A stretch of 64,000 bases of DNA from Flavobacteriales bacterium. Lineage in GTDB: Bacteria; Bacteroidota; Bacteroidia; Palsa-965. The notes below the pieces were generated by a model. The model was given only the letters and a program-made list of their open reading frames with translations, did not search any database and was not told the origin of the DNA. The first letter of the stretch is position 1; every line of letters starts with the position of its first letter. Shown here piece by piece: positions 48,899 through 57,791 of this stretch. Both the position numbers and the translations under genes were made by a program. The stretch covers positions 87,093 through 151,092 of the forward strand of contig JBEIPA010000013.1 of the NCBI GenBank assembly GCA_040377305.1, read 5' to 3'.

Positions 48899-48906
48899 TT
48901 GAAATT

Positions 48907-50172
48907 ATGGCTACAATAGTAAAAATGCCCAAGCTGAGTGACACCATGACAGAAGGTGTTGTTGCAGCGTGGCACAAAAAAGTTGGTGACACTGTGAAGA
49001 AGGGCGACCTGCTTGCGGAGATTGAAACCGACAAAGCAACAATGGAATTTGAGTCGTTCTTTAACGGAACGCTTTTGCATATTGGAGTAGAGCAGGGAAA
49101 AGCTGCACCTGTTGACACAGTTCTTGCGGTGATCGGAGAGAAAGGTGAAGATTTCACTGCGGCACTCGCGGCTGCGCAAACTGCTCCTGAGAAGAAGGAA
49201 GAAGCGAAGCCTGCTCCGAAAGCAGAAGAGAAAAAAGTAGAGACGGTGAAAGCAACTGAACCTGTGAAGGCAGTGGCAAACGCTCAACCTGTTGTCGTTG
49301 CATCTTCGAATGGAGATTCGCGTATCAAAGCATCTCCGCTTGCGAAGAAAATGGCAGCGGAAAAAGGATTGGAGCTTAGTGGAGTTTCCGGAACTGGTGA
49401 TGCAGGTCGTGTTGTTAAACGTGACATTGCAAACTGGCATCCCGGGAAACTCGGCGGACTGGCATTCGGCAATAACGTAATTAATGGAACAGAAAGCTTC
49501 ACGGAAGAATCTGTTTCGCAGATGCGTAAAACAATTGCGCGTCGATTGGCAGAGAGCAAGTTTACTGCACCACATTTCTATCTGACGATGGAAATTGATA
49601 TGGATCAGGCATGGAAGTCGCGTGAAGCGATTAACCAGCTTTCTCCAACGAAAGTTTCTTTCAACGACATGGTGATTCGTGCTTGTGCGGCTGCATTGCG
49701 TCAGCATCCAAAAGTGAATTCATCGTGGCTTGGAGATAAGATCCGTTACAACAATCACATTCACATTGGTGTTGCGGTTGCAGTAGAAGACGGGTTGCTT
49801 GTTCCGGTTGTTCGTTTCGCAGATCAGAAATCGTTCTTGCAGATCGGTGCTGAGGTGAAGGAGATGGCGAAGAAAGCAAAAGAGAAAAAATTACAGCCGG
49901 CAGATTGGGAAGGAAATACATTTACGATTTCCAACCTGGGAATGTTCGGTATCGAAGAGTTCACTGCGATTATTAATCCGCCGGATGCATGCATTCTCGC
50001 TATAGGTGGAATTAAAGACACGCCAGTTGTGCGCAATAATCAGGTTGTTCCGGGTAAAGTGATGAAAGTTACTTTGAGCTGCGATCACCGTGTTGTTGAT
50101 GGTGCGAGTGGAGCGGCGTTCTTGCAGACGCTAAAGATGATGCTGGAAAATCCGGTGACCATCCTTATTTAA
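48907..50172 (+). CDS. pdhC: Pyruvate dehydrogenase E2, dihydrolipoamide acetyltransferase
   Basis: Lipoyl ETDKA; ASPLAKK; FTISNLG; DHRVVDG. Confidence 0.97.
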   Translation: MATIVKMPKLSDTMTEGVVAAWHKKVGDTVKKGDLLAEIETDKATMEFESFFNGTLLHIGVEQGKAAPVDTVLAVIGEKGEDFTAALAAAQTAPEKKEEAKPAPKAEEKKVETVKATEPVKAVANAQPVVVASSNGDSRIKASPLAKKMAAEKGLELSGVSGTGDAGRVVKRDIANWHPGKLGGLAFGNNVINGTESFTEESVSQMRKTIARRLAESKFTAPHFYLTMEIDMDQAWKSREAINQLSPTKVSFNDMVIRACAAALRQHPKVNSSWLGDKIRYNNHIHIGVAVAVEDGLLVPVVRFADQKSFLQIGAEVKEMAKKAKEKKLQPADWEGNTFTISNLGMFGIEEFTAIINPPDACILAIGGIKDTPVVRNNQVVPGKVMKVTLSCDHRVVDGASGAAFLQTLKMMLENPVTILI

Positions 50173-50530
50173 ACACATAGGATCATAGATTGCGATCCGT
50201 GTTAAGGCGCTTCGCGATCATGGTTCACAAGAGAGAGGGAGAAGTGCTAAGCAATTTCTCCCTCTCTTGCGTTCTGTGCGTTCTAGCGAAACCGGGAATT
50301 GTAAAAAGAAAATCCACTTTCCTTTTTTTCTATGATCCTATGTGTTTCAAAATTTAAACACATAGGATCATAGATTGCGATACGTGTTAAGGCGCTTCGC
50401 GATCATAGTTCACAAGAGAGAGGTAGGATTGCTTAGCAATTCTCCCTCACGCGTTCTATGCTCTCTCAACTTATTACGTTTTGTTGTTACGAATCACGGC
50501 TCTGAATTTTTTCTATGTCCCTATGTGTTT
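50171..50530. repeat. Two tandem family B nested inverted-repeat elements (50171-50347, 50356-50530)
   Basis: Each has aaacacataggatcatag...ctatg(at/tc)cctatgtgttt arms; the first ~62 bp are nearly identical between copies. Confidence 0.92.
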
Positions 50531-50660
50531 CAAAAAAGAAAACCGATGCCCCTCTACAAGCATCGGTTTGGAATGTGATAACAATCCCCGGCAAGAACCC
50601 CTCCTATACCGGTCTTAATTTAGCGGCCGTTGTATTATCGAAATTGGAATCCCGAAACAC

Positions 50661-51212
50661 CTAGTGCCAACTCTTGTCTTGTAGATTAGAGCCTGCCGTA
50701 TTGGTGTTTGAAGGAATATCTGTGCGCACATTCGCATGGTACTCGCGATTGTAATCGAAATCTTTTTTCTGCTCATCGTAGTGAACAACAGCAACCGGAA
50801 AATCGTCGAAGGTGTTTGATTTATCGTTCTCAATAAATTGAATGTCGTAGCGGAACGTGTACAGGCTGCGTAATTTTTTAGCGCCAACGTGTGTGTCGAC
50901 CAGCATCAATCTGTCTTTACAACCTGGACGTGTGAATTTCAAGGCGTAGTGATGATTCACCGGAAGCGAGTAATGTTGTTCGAGGCGATTGTTTACGTGG
51001 AAAGTATCCGATGGTGATCCGTCCTGAAAAATATAAACTGAGTAGTTCGCGACTTTTTCGCCGCCGATTGTCATTACTCCCGATAGATCGAGAAATGATT
51101 CTTCGAATGTAACGTTGGTAGCTGCGGTTTTTGGTTCTGCGAGTGCCATTGGGCAAACGATTGTAAGAACTCCGGCGAGGATCAGTAGTAGGAAAAGTTT
51201 AATAGGGCTCAT
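50661..51212 (-). CDS. Hypothetical exported protein
   Basis: Signal peptide; C-terminal FPVAVVHYD...FDYN.EY motif. Confidence 0.7.
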   Translation of the reverse strand: MSPIKLFLLLILAGVLTIVCPMALAEPKTAATNVTFEESFLDLSGVMTIGGEKVANYSVYIFQDGSPSDTFHVNNRLEQHYSLPVNHHYALKFTRPGCKDRLMLVDTHVGAKKLRSLYTFRYDIQFIENDKSNTFDDFPVAVVHYDEQKKDFDYNREYHANVRTDIPSNTNTAGSNLQDKSWH

Positions 51213-51323
51213 GTGCAAATAGTTTTTGAGTTTGATGAAGCAAAACTACTGCGGGGATGAACGGTGGACTAGCCGGTTGTTGGGAGGATGTTACGGGTGT
51301 AAGAAAATTGGGGTTTTTGTAGC

Positions 51324-51440
51324 GCCTCACCCCAACCCCTCTCCGGGGGAGAGGGGCTTTATTATCCTTCGGATAATTGTTTTGAGCCTCACCCCAACCC
51401 CTCTCCAAAAGAGAGGGGCTTTATTATCCTTCGGATAATT
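51324..51440. repeat. Tandem REP-like units, family F (2 copies)
   Basis: gcctcaccccaacccctctcc-nnnn-gagaggggctttattatccttcggataatt twice; third copy at 55798. Confidence 0.9.
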
Positions 51441-51445
51441 TTGGC

Positions 51446-52099
51446 TTAACGACTGCGTCGTTTGTTTTTGGGAACGTAGACCTTGATTTGGGTAGGTTGT
51501 TTTTCAATTCGCTTTGGCCACCACGATACTCCTGCGGAAAAGCACAGTGCAAGTGGTAAGCCCGGAGTGAAGCCGACGTTAAGATCGAGGTGATCGCCCA
51601 TGCGATAGTGGTAGGCGAACTCTCCGCTGATCGGGAAGATGCGCCACTGCACATTGCCGATGTTACGCGAGTGGTAACGATTGAAGCCACCTTTGTCTTC
51701 ATACTCTTCAAATCGGTTCCAATCTTCGCGGTAGTAAATCATGGGACCGGCGCCGAGCATGAGGCGGTGTTTTCCTTTGTCGAGAACGAGTGCGCGAATT
51801 CCGATGTGGGAAAATCCGGCCCAGCCTGCGGAACAATCGGTGAAGAAAGCCTGCATTGCGGTGACGCATACGAGATCTTTATAGATGTAGTGATCGGCAG
51901 AAACAAACCCGCCGAAGTTGCCAACGAAGCGTGCCTTTTTATCGAGCTTGTATTTCTGGATTGCGGCCGTCTGATCGCCGAACGGGTGTATCGTTAATCC
52001 GAAATAGCGGAAGGAGAAGGAGGTCTTCTGCAGAAGAGTTGACTGGGCCTGCGATTTGAATGCGGCAAATAGTAGTAATGCTAGTATCAGCTTTTTCAT
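51446..52099 (-). CDS. Hypothetical outer-membrane protein
   Basis: Signal peptide; alternating beta-strand pattern. Confidence 0.65.
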   Translation of the reverse strand: MKKLILALLLFAAFKSQAQSTLLQKTSFSFRYFGLTIHPFGDQTAAIQKYKLDKKARFVGNFGGFVSADHYIYKDLVCVTAMQAFFTDCSAGWAGFSHIGIRALVLDKGKHRLMLGAGPMIYYREDWNRFEEYEDKGGFNRYHSRNIGNVQWRIFPISGEFAYHYRMGDHLDLNVGFTPGLPLALCFSAGVSWWPKRIEKQPTQIKVYVPKNKRRSR

Positions 52100-52189
52100 G
52101 AGGTCAAAGTTTTCATCCTGGAGTTGAGTCGTTGGTTGCACTCGTGGCAGTGTCAGGATTGGGATCCTGACACCACTCGTGCCTCCAAG

Positions 52190-52987
52190 CTACTTCAACA
52201 TCCAAACGAGTGGTTGAATGAAAAACTTAGCCACACGATGAATGAACGTGTACTTGCCGTACTTCGCAACAAATCCAGGCGACCAACTGTAATACCAGTT
52301 GATGAACCAACGTCCGACCTGCGAGTGTTGTAAGAAGTTGTCGCGGAAACGACGCAGCACCCATACCTCATCTGCATCGTAACTGCCGTAGACCATAGTT
52401 GCAACGTAACATCCGCTTGCGCCGGAACCACTGTCGCCGGAATTGCTGGAGCCGCTGTTGGAATTGCTGTCGCTGCTTTGATCAGAGCTTGCGTTTGCCT
52501 GATCGGAACTCGCGTTTGAAATTAAAACAGACAGACCGATGAGTCCGCCGACGAGTATACAAGCAATAATAATGCTCAGCAGTAAAGCAATGGCGCTCGT
52601 CGATTTCAAGAATGATGCGCGTGTGTCTTTGCCCATCATCGAGACATTCGCTATTTCCGATTTGTGAATTGCGATTTGAGATGAATCAGCAATCACAGCA
52701 TCGTTGGCACTGTAAATCGACATGTCGTTCTTCTGTGCTTTTGCGAATGATGCAGAATCGGCTTTCACGGCCAGTCCGTAAATCGTATCACCGGAAACGC
52801 GCGCGTCTTTCAGATTGTACACGCCACTGGTGCTGTGATAAAATATTTCATAGCCTCCGATGTAATCAGAAATATCATTGTCTTCGAAGATTACAGAAGC
52901 GGGTTGCTGCACCGGTGTGTATACTTTACATGCGGCGATAAAAGATACAGCCAGACCAATCGCGATAACTCGTAATGATTTTTTCAT
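52190..52987 (-). CDS. Lipoprotein with internal TM helix and CFI-box-CTERM domain
   Basis: Lipobox IAAC; TM; Ser/Gly linker; GCYVATMVYGSYDA.EV..LRRFRD..L...GRWFI.WYY.WSP. Confidence 0.85.
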   Translation of the reverse strand: MKKSLRVIAIGLAVSFIAACKVYTPVQQPASVIFEDNDISDYIGGYEIFYHSTSGVYNLKDARVSGDTIYGLAVKADSASFAKAQKNDMSIYSANDAVIADSSQIAIHKSEIANVSMMGKDTRASFLKSTSAIALLLSIIIACILVGGLIGLSVLISNASSDQANASSDQSSDSNSNSGSSNSGDSGSGASGCYVATMVYGSYDADEVWVLRRFRDNFLQHSQVGRWFINWYYSWSPGFVAKYGKYTFIHRVAKFFIQPLVWMLK

Positions 52988-53190
52988 TTTAGTTGGTTTG
53001 ATTATTCCGTGAGAACGTGCAACGGTTCAGCGATGGAAAGGTATATATTTCGTAAGCGAAAATGGTCTGTGAAATCTTAAAACATGAAGAGAAAAGTGTG
53101 CGAAATTTCATTGTGTGATGTACATTTACGGAGTGTCGAAAAATCGCTACCGATTATCAAATCACTATTGGCTCGCTTCGCGATCGCTTT

Positions 53191-53306
53191 ACCACGGCGG
53201 CACGGCGAGCACGGCTTTTAATCTTTTGATTGGCGAGTATAAAATGAATTACATCATTCACACAGTAGGACTAAATTTATCTCCGTGCTCGCCGTGTCGC
53301 CGTGGT
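53191..53306. repeat. Inverted-repeat element E upstream of recG
   Basis: 24-bp IR with 1 mismatch, accacggcggcacggcgagcacgg / ccgtgctcgccgtgtcgccgtggt, built from cacggcg units. Confidence 0.85.
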
Positions 53307-53328
53307 GAAGCGCTGAACATCGTGAAGC

Positions 53329-55434
53329 ATGGCAGATAGTTTTCTCGAGACACCAATCGAATTTCTCAAGGGCGTAGGTCCGGAGAGAGCGACTGTGTTC
53401 AAGAAAGAGTTTGAGATTACGACGTTTGGTGATTTACTGAAATGGTATCCGTATCGACATGTTGATCGCACGAAGTTTTATGCGACGAATGAAATCAATG
53501 CAGATTTGCCATACGTGCAGTTGCGTGGACAGATTCTGAATTTTCAGATTATCGGAACCGGAAAAATTCAGCGGGCAACTGCTTATCTGAACGACGGCAA
53601 AGGAATTGTTGAGCTCGTTTGGTTTCAGGGAATCAAATGGCTGCAGGGAAAATATTTACCGGGACATGAGTACATCGTATTTGGAAAACCGGCGGTGTAT
53701 AATGGGAAGATCAACATTGCACATCCGGAAGTAGAAGAGGTGAACGAAAAAACGCTGCAGCGTACGAACGTGTTGCAGCCCATGTATTCTTCCACCGAGA
53801 AGTCGAAGCTGAAAGGATTGGACTCGAAAGGAATTCTCAAATTAACAAAAGTGCTCGTGCCGCTGATGACCGGAAAAGTTCCCGAGTTTATTCCGGAGCA
53901 GGTGATAAAGAAACTGAAAATGCTTTCGCGGGAAGAAGCGTTGAAGCAGATTCACTTTCCGGATAATCCGGCTTTGCTGAAACGTGCTGAAGCGAGAATT
54001 AAGTTCGAAGAATTTCTGATGATTCAGTTGCGTTTGCTTCGAGTGAAGAGCATGCGCAAAACAAATTTCCGCGGATTCGATTTCAGTAACGTCGGCGAGA
54101 AGTTCAACGGATTTTACAACGAGAATTTGCCGTTTCCACTGACTGGTGCACAAAAGCGTGTGATCAAGGAAATCCGTGCCGACATGGGCAGCGGAAAACA
54201 GATGAACCGTTTGTTGCAGGGCGATGTAGGCAGTGGGAAAACAGTAGTGGCGCTGATGTGTATGTTGCTCGCGAACGATAATGGATTCCAGGCTTGCTTA
54301 ATGGCACCGACGGAAATTCTGGCGAATCAGCATTTTCATTCGCTGCGCGAGTTGCTGAAAGGACTGAACGTGAAGATTGCACTGCTCACCGGAAATACGA
54401 GAGCAGCTGATCGCAGAGCCATGCATGCAGCTTTACAGGCGGGAGAACTAGATATTCTCATTGGCACACACGCGCTCATTGAAGACGAAGTGAAGTTTAA
54501 GAATCTCGGCTTTGTGGTGATTGATGAGCAACATCGTTTTGGTGTGGAGCAACGATCGAAGCTGTGGAAGAAGAATCAGAATCCTCCGCACGTGTTGGTG
54601 ATGACAGCCACGCCTATTCCGCGCACACTGGCGATGACGTTGTATGGTGATCTCGATACATCTACGATTGACGAATTACCACCGGGAAGAAAGCCGATAA
54701 AGACTGTTCACTTCGGAGATGCGCAGCGTTTGCGTGTCTTTGGTTTCATGAAAGAACAGATTGGATTGGGCAGACAGATTTACGTGGTGTATCCGCTTAT
54801 TAATGAATCGGAGAAACTCGATTACAAAGATCTCATGGATGGCTACGAAAGTATTTCACGCGCATTTCCATTGCCGGAATACAAAGTGAGTATCGTCCAC
54901 GGAAAAATGAAACCGGCAGATAAAGACTGGGAGATGCAGCGTTTCGTGAAAGGTGAAACGAACATCATGGTCGCTACAACCGTTATTGAAGTTGGTGTAA
55001 ACGTTCCCAACGCCAGTGTGATGGTAGTTGAAAGTGCAGAGCGATTTGGTCTCTCGCAATTACACCAACTGCGCGGACGAGTAGGTCGCGGTGCCGATCA
55101 AAGTTTCTGTGTGCTCATCACAGGACACAAATTGAGCAAAGACACGAAGTTGCGCATGGACACGATGGTGCGCACGAACGACGGATTTGAAATTGCAGAA
55201 GTAGATTTAAAACTACGCGGTCCGGGAGATTTAGAAGGAACGAGACAGAGTGGGTTGATGGGGTTGCGGTTGGCGGATTTGACGAAGGACCAGGCTATTT
55301 TACAACATGCACGTGGTGTAGCTGCTGAAATTATAGATAGTGATCCTACACTAGAAATGAAAGAACACGGATCATTGTTTGCAGAACTTGCACGACAAAG
55401 AGAAGGATCAGTAAACTGGGGTCGTATCAGCTGA
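53329..55434 (+). CDS. recG: ATP-dependent DNA helicase RecG
   Basis: LLQGDVGSGKT; APTEILA.QH; DEQHRFG; TATPIPR; QLRGRVGR; DLKLRGPG. Confidence 0.98.
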   Translation: MADSFLETPIEFLKGVGPERATVFKKEFEITTFGDLLKWYPYRHVDRTKFYATNEINADLPYVQLRGQILNFQIIGTGKIQRATAYLNDGKGIVELVWFQGIKWLQGKYLPGHEYIVFGKPAVYNGKINIAHPEVEEVNEKTLQRTNVLQPMYSSTEKSKLKGLDSKGILKLTKVLVPLMTGKVPEFIPEQVIKKLKMLSREEALKQIHFPDNPALLKRAEARIKFEEFLMIQLRLLRVKSMRKTNFRGFDFSNVGEKFNGFYNENLPFPLTGAQKRVIKEIRADMGSGKQMNRLLQGDVGSGKTVVALMCMLLANDNGFQACLMAPTEILANQHFHSLRELLKGLNVKIALLTGNTRAADRRAMHAALQAGELDILIGTHALIEDEVKFKNLGFVVIDEQHRFGVEQRSKLWKKNQNPPHVLVMTATPIPRTLAMTLYGDLDTSTIDELPPGRKPIKTVHFGDAQRLRVFGFMKEQIGLGRQIYVVYPLINESEKLDYKDLMDGYESISRAFPLPEYKVSIVHGKMKPADKDWEMQRFVKGETNIMVATTVIEVGVNVPNASVMVVESAERFGLSQLHQLRGRVGRGADQSFCVLITGHKLSKDTKLRMDTMVRTNDGFEIAEVDLKLRGPGDLEGTRQSGLMGLRLADLTKDQAILQHARGVAAEIIDSDPTLEMKEHGSLFAELARQREGSVNWGRIS

Positions 55435-55764
55435 GTGAAGAATGTGCCGATATGCCTATGTGCCGATTGAAAAGCGAGAGGTGTGGCGGCGGAGATAATT
55501 GATGGGGATCCGGGGTTGGAGAAGAAAGAACATGGGCCTTTGTTTGCGGAACTCGCACGACAAAGAGAGGGATCAGTAAACTGGGGTCGTATCAGCTGAG
55601 TGAAGAATGTGCCGATATGCCTATGTGCCGATTGAAAAGCGAGAGGTGTGGCGGCGGAGATAATTGATGAGGATCCGGGGTTGGAAAAGAAGGAGCATGG
55701 GCCGTTGTTTGCGGAACTAGCGAGGCAGAGAGAGGGGAGTGTGAATTGGGGGAGGATAAGTTGA
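55309..55764 (+). repeat. Three in-frame copies of the recG 3' 42 codons, 165-bp period
   Basis: 55309-55434, 55474-55599 and 55639-55764 all encode ARGVAAEIIDxDPxLExKEHGxLFAELARQREGSVNWGRIS*; identical 39-bp spacers. Confidence 0.95.
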
Positions 55765-55797
55765 GAGGGCTGGTGGTGAGGCGCTGGTGTTGATCGC

Positions 55798-55881
55798 GCC
55801 TCACCCCCAGCCCCTCTCCAAAAGAGAGGGGAGTGGTGACTTCGTCACGGGTAGGGAGAGTGGGTTTATCCTTCGGATAAT
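55798..55881. repeat. Family F REP-like unit, copy 3
   Basis: gcctcacccccagcccctctccaaaagagagggg...ttatccttcggataa. Confidence 0.85.
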
Positions 55882-55906
55882 TAAATATCGAAATTTGAAA
55901 TGCTGC

Positions 55907-56422
55907 ATGAGTCAACTTAAAATATTTGCTCTGGTTTTCTTCGTCGTGGTTGGTGCGAACGTTGCGTGTGCGCAAGACAGACTCGATACTGTTTCCTTCC
56001 ACGAAGCATTTACTGAAACGTATCCGGAGTTTATTGCTGATCATGCTGTGTGGGTTGTGAAATACAGAAAAGGATGGACGGTGCGTGATTCCTTGGGTGA
56101 GATGACGCGCGTGGAAATGGATTCTGTTTACTTCATGACAGAGAAAGTGCAAGCAACGTCGGTCTTCCTGTTTTATGAGAAGGACACCTTAATGAGCATG
56201 AATTTCTTTCTGAGTATAGCAGAAGACGAAAAGTTTATGGGGGCATTGAAGAGGGGTGCATTCGCAAGACTGGGTGGTCGAGGTAAGACGCGAAAGGTTA
56301 AGTCAGAAGGAGATTGCTATTATTATCAACGGAATCTGATTCCTGCGGATGATACGCATGTAGCGGAGTTTAGCTATAGAGTTTATACGGAGAGGCTGCG
56401 CAATAAGAACAAACAAAACTGA
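55907..56422 (+). CDS. Hypothetical exported protein
   Basis: Signal-like MSQLKIFALVFFVVVGANVACAQ; the upstream part of the ORF is repeat-derived. Confidence 0.65.
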   Translation: MSQLKIFALVFFVVVGANVACAQDRLDTVSFHEAFTETYPEFIADHAVWVVKYRKGWTVRDSLGEMTRVEMDSVYFMTEKVQATSVFLFYEKDTLMSMNFFLSIAEDEKFMGALKRGAFARLGGRGKTRKVKSEGDCYYYQRNLIPADDTHVAEFSYRVYTERLRNKNKQN

Positions 56423-56427
56423 AAAAA

Positions 56428-56883
56428 ATGAAAACCTGTTTTCTGATTGCGATTGGAATTATTCTTTCACTACGCTTGTCTGCAACGCCGGAAGCGAATG
56501 TTGATTCTTCCAGGCTGATGACGATTTACTTTACGTATGAGTGTACAGAGAATGAATGCTTCTACATTTACAATGAGAATCAATCACGGCTGCTCTATAA
56601 GAGTAAACGTGTAACACCGGGAACAACGGTGATCGACAGTTTAAAGATTATTCCCGATTCAACTATTCTTTTCGGAACCTCGCTCCGGTTTCAGATTATT
56701 CAACGAGACCTTCGGAAGAAAAGAAACAACATTTCATCCATTGCGTTTCGTGCACAATACCTGGAAGGCTATCCGTTTTTGTGGATGGATGCATTTCAAA
56801 TAGACGGGCAGTATTTCTTTTTGAGTTCGTATTCTCGGGAGCCGATGAGATTTATGACTTGTGGGACTGGTGGGGGGAAGTGA
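56428..56883 (+). CDS. Hypothetical exported protein
   Basis: Signal peptide; 5 nt after the previous gene. Confidence 0.65.
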   Translation: MKTCFLIAIGIILSLRLSATPEANVDSSRLMTIYFTYECTENECFYIYNENQSRLLYKSKRVTPGTTVIDSLKIIPDSTILFGTSLRFQIIQRDLRKKRNNISSIAFRAQYLEGYPFLWMDAFQIDGQYFFLSSYSREPMRFMTCGTGGGK

Positions 56884-56932
56884 ATGAGTACGCCTCCAAC
56901 TATCCAATGCCCTGGCAACTATTCAGCCAGTG

Positions 56933-57787
56933 TTATTTATATCCTTCCAAAAATTTCATGCAGTCTTTTTTGTCATTAAAGACAGCTTCTATCCTATCAC
57001 CAGTATTGTACTTAATGGTGATTTCGTATTTGATAACAGGCAACTTAATTTTGTCCTCCGAGTACTTTTTTAAGAAGTCAAGGGCCTCTAGTATGTTATT
57101 CAAATTGTTTTCTTGACCATGCAGAGGAACTATAATGATACGTTCAATGGATCTGGAGACTGCATTGGACAACGAATTAAAAAAAGTCTTAACTGCATTT
57201 TTATTCAATTTAATGAGGGTTTCAAGCAGCTTATTCTTGTCTGCGAAGCTCTCCCAAATTTGAATTCTCCGAGCAAATTCTGCTTCTTCGGTAGCATCAT
57301 CTGAAAAAATATCAAGGTTAAACTTCTTAAATGCAGCGACAAAGACTGCGGTAGGAAAATGTAAGATGGTAAAATTATCTGAACGTAACTGAACGAGAGA
57401 TGGTGTCGTGAAGTCTCCACCCAAAATGGCTCCTTTGAAACAAACAGTTTCGTGATGCAACTGGACTATCGGATTGATAGCCGCCTGAATTTCTTGAACT
57501 TTGTTTTTCGAATGTCGCGTTCCTCTCCTCCAAGCAGATTCAATAAATGCAACCGGAGAACCGATCTTGCTTTCTTTACCACCACGCTCAAGAACTAAGT
57601 CAAGATCATGTTTGTTTCCTTTAGCGTCTTTCCATGTAACCTTCTTACCTGGGCGAGCCTTCCTTGAACCTTTCTTGTCCAAAAAGAGTTTGTGCTTTCG
57701 AGAGAATTTTTCGAAATGTGGTAGAAGCGCTAACTCTAATAGCTCACCAATTGTCTGTCCAAATTTATGAGAAAATGATTTGCCCAT
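56933..57787 (-). CDS. Putative restriction endonuclease, PD-(D/E)xK-like
   Basis: GELLE helix, HDLDLVLE...AFIESAWRR...KNKVQE; directly downstream of the methyltransferase. Confidence 0.65.
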   Translation of the reverse strand: MGKSFSHKFGQTIGELLELALLPHFEKFSRKHKLFLDKKGSRKARPGKKVTWKDAKGNKHDLDLVLERGGKESKIGSPVAFIESAWRRGTRHSKNKVQEIQAAINPIVQLHHETVCFKGAILGGDFTTPSLVQLRSDNFTILHFPTAVFVAAFKKFNLDIFSDDATEEAEFARRIQIWESFADKNKLLETLIKLNKNAVKTFFNSLSNAVSRSIERIIIVPLHGQENNLNNILEALDFLKKYSEDKIKLPVIKYEITIKYNTGDRIEAVFNDKKDCMKFLEGYK

Positions 57788-57791
57788 GCTC

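Noticed and set aside
48889-49707. 272-aa antisense ORF (similarly 42887..43540, 234..635, 61168..61803, 16675..17253)
   Set aside because: These are shadows of well-supported genes on the opposite strand, with no recognisable motifs.
47802-50172. Missing pdhB as an anomaly
   Set aside because: pdhA-pdhC linkage with pdhB elsewhere is ordinary in Bacteroidota.
50171-50530. CRISPR array
   Set aside because: Only two long palindromic units with dispersed relatives; no regular repeat-spacer period.
55309-55764. Diversity-generating retroelement TR/VR pair or CRISPR array
   Set aside because: Differences are synonymous and involve all bases, not only adenines. No reverse transcriptase or cas gene is present, and the long units are homologous rather than unique spacers.
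55592-56152. 186-aa minus-strand ORF and the 55787-55906 extension
   Set aside because: They run through repeat DNA and the recG duplicate; low-complexity Pro/Ser/Leu translation.
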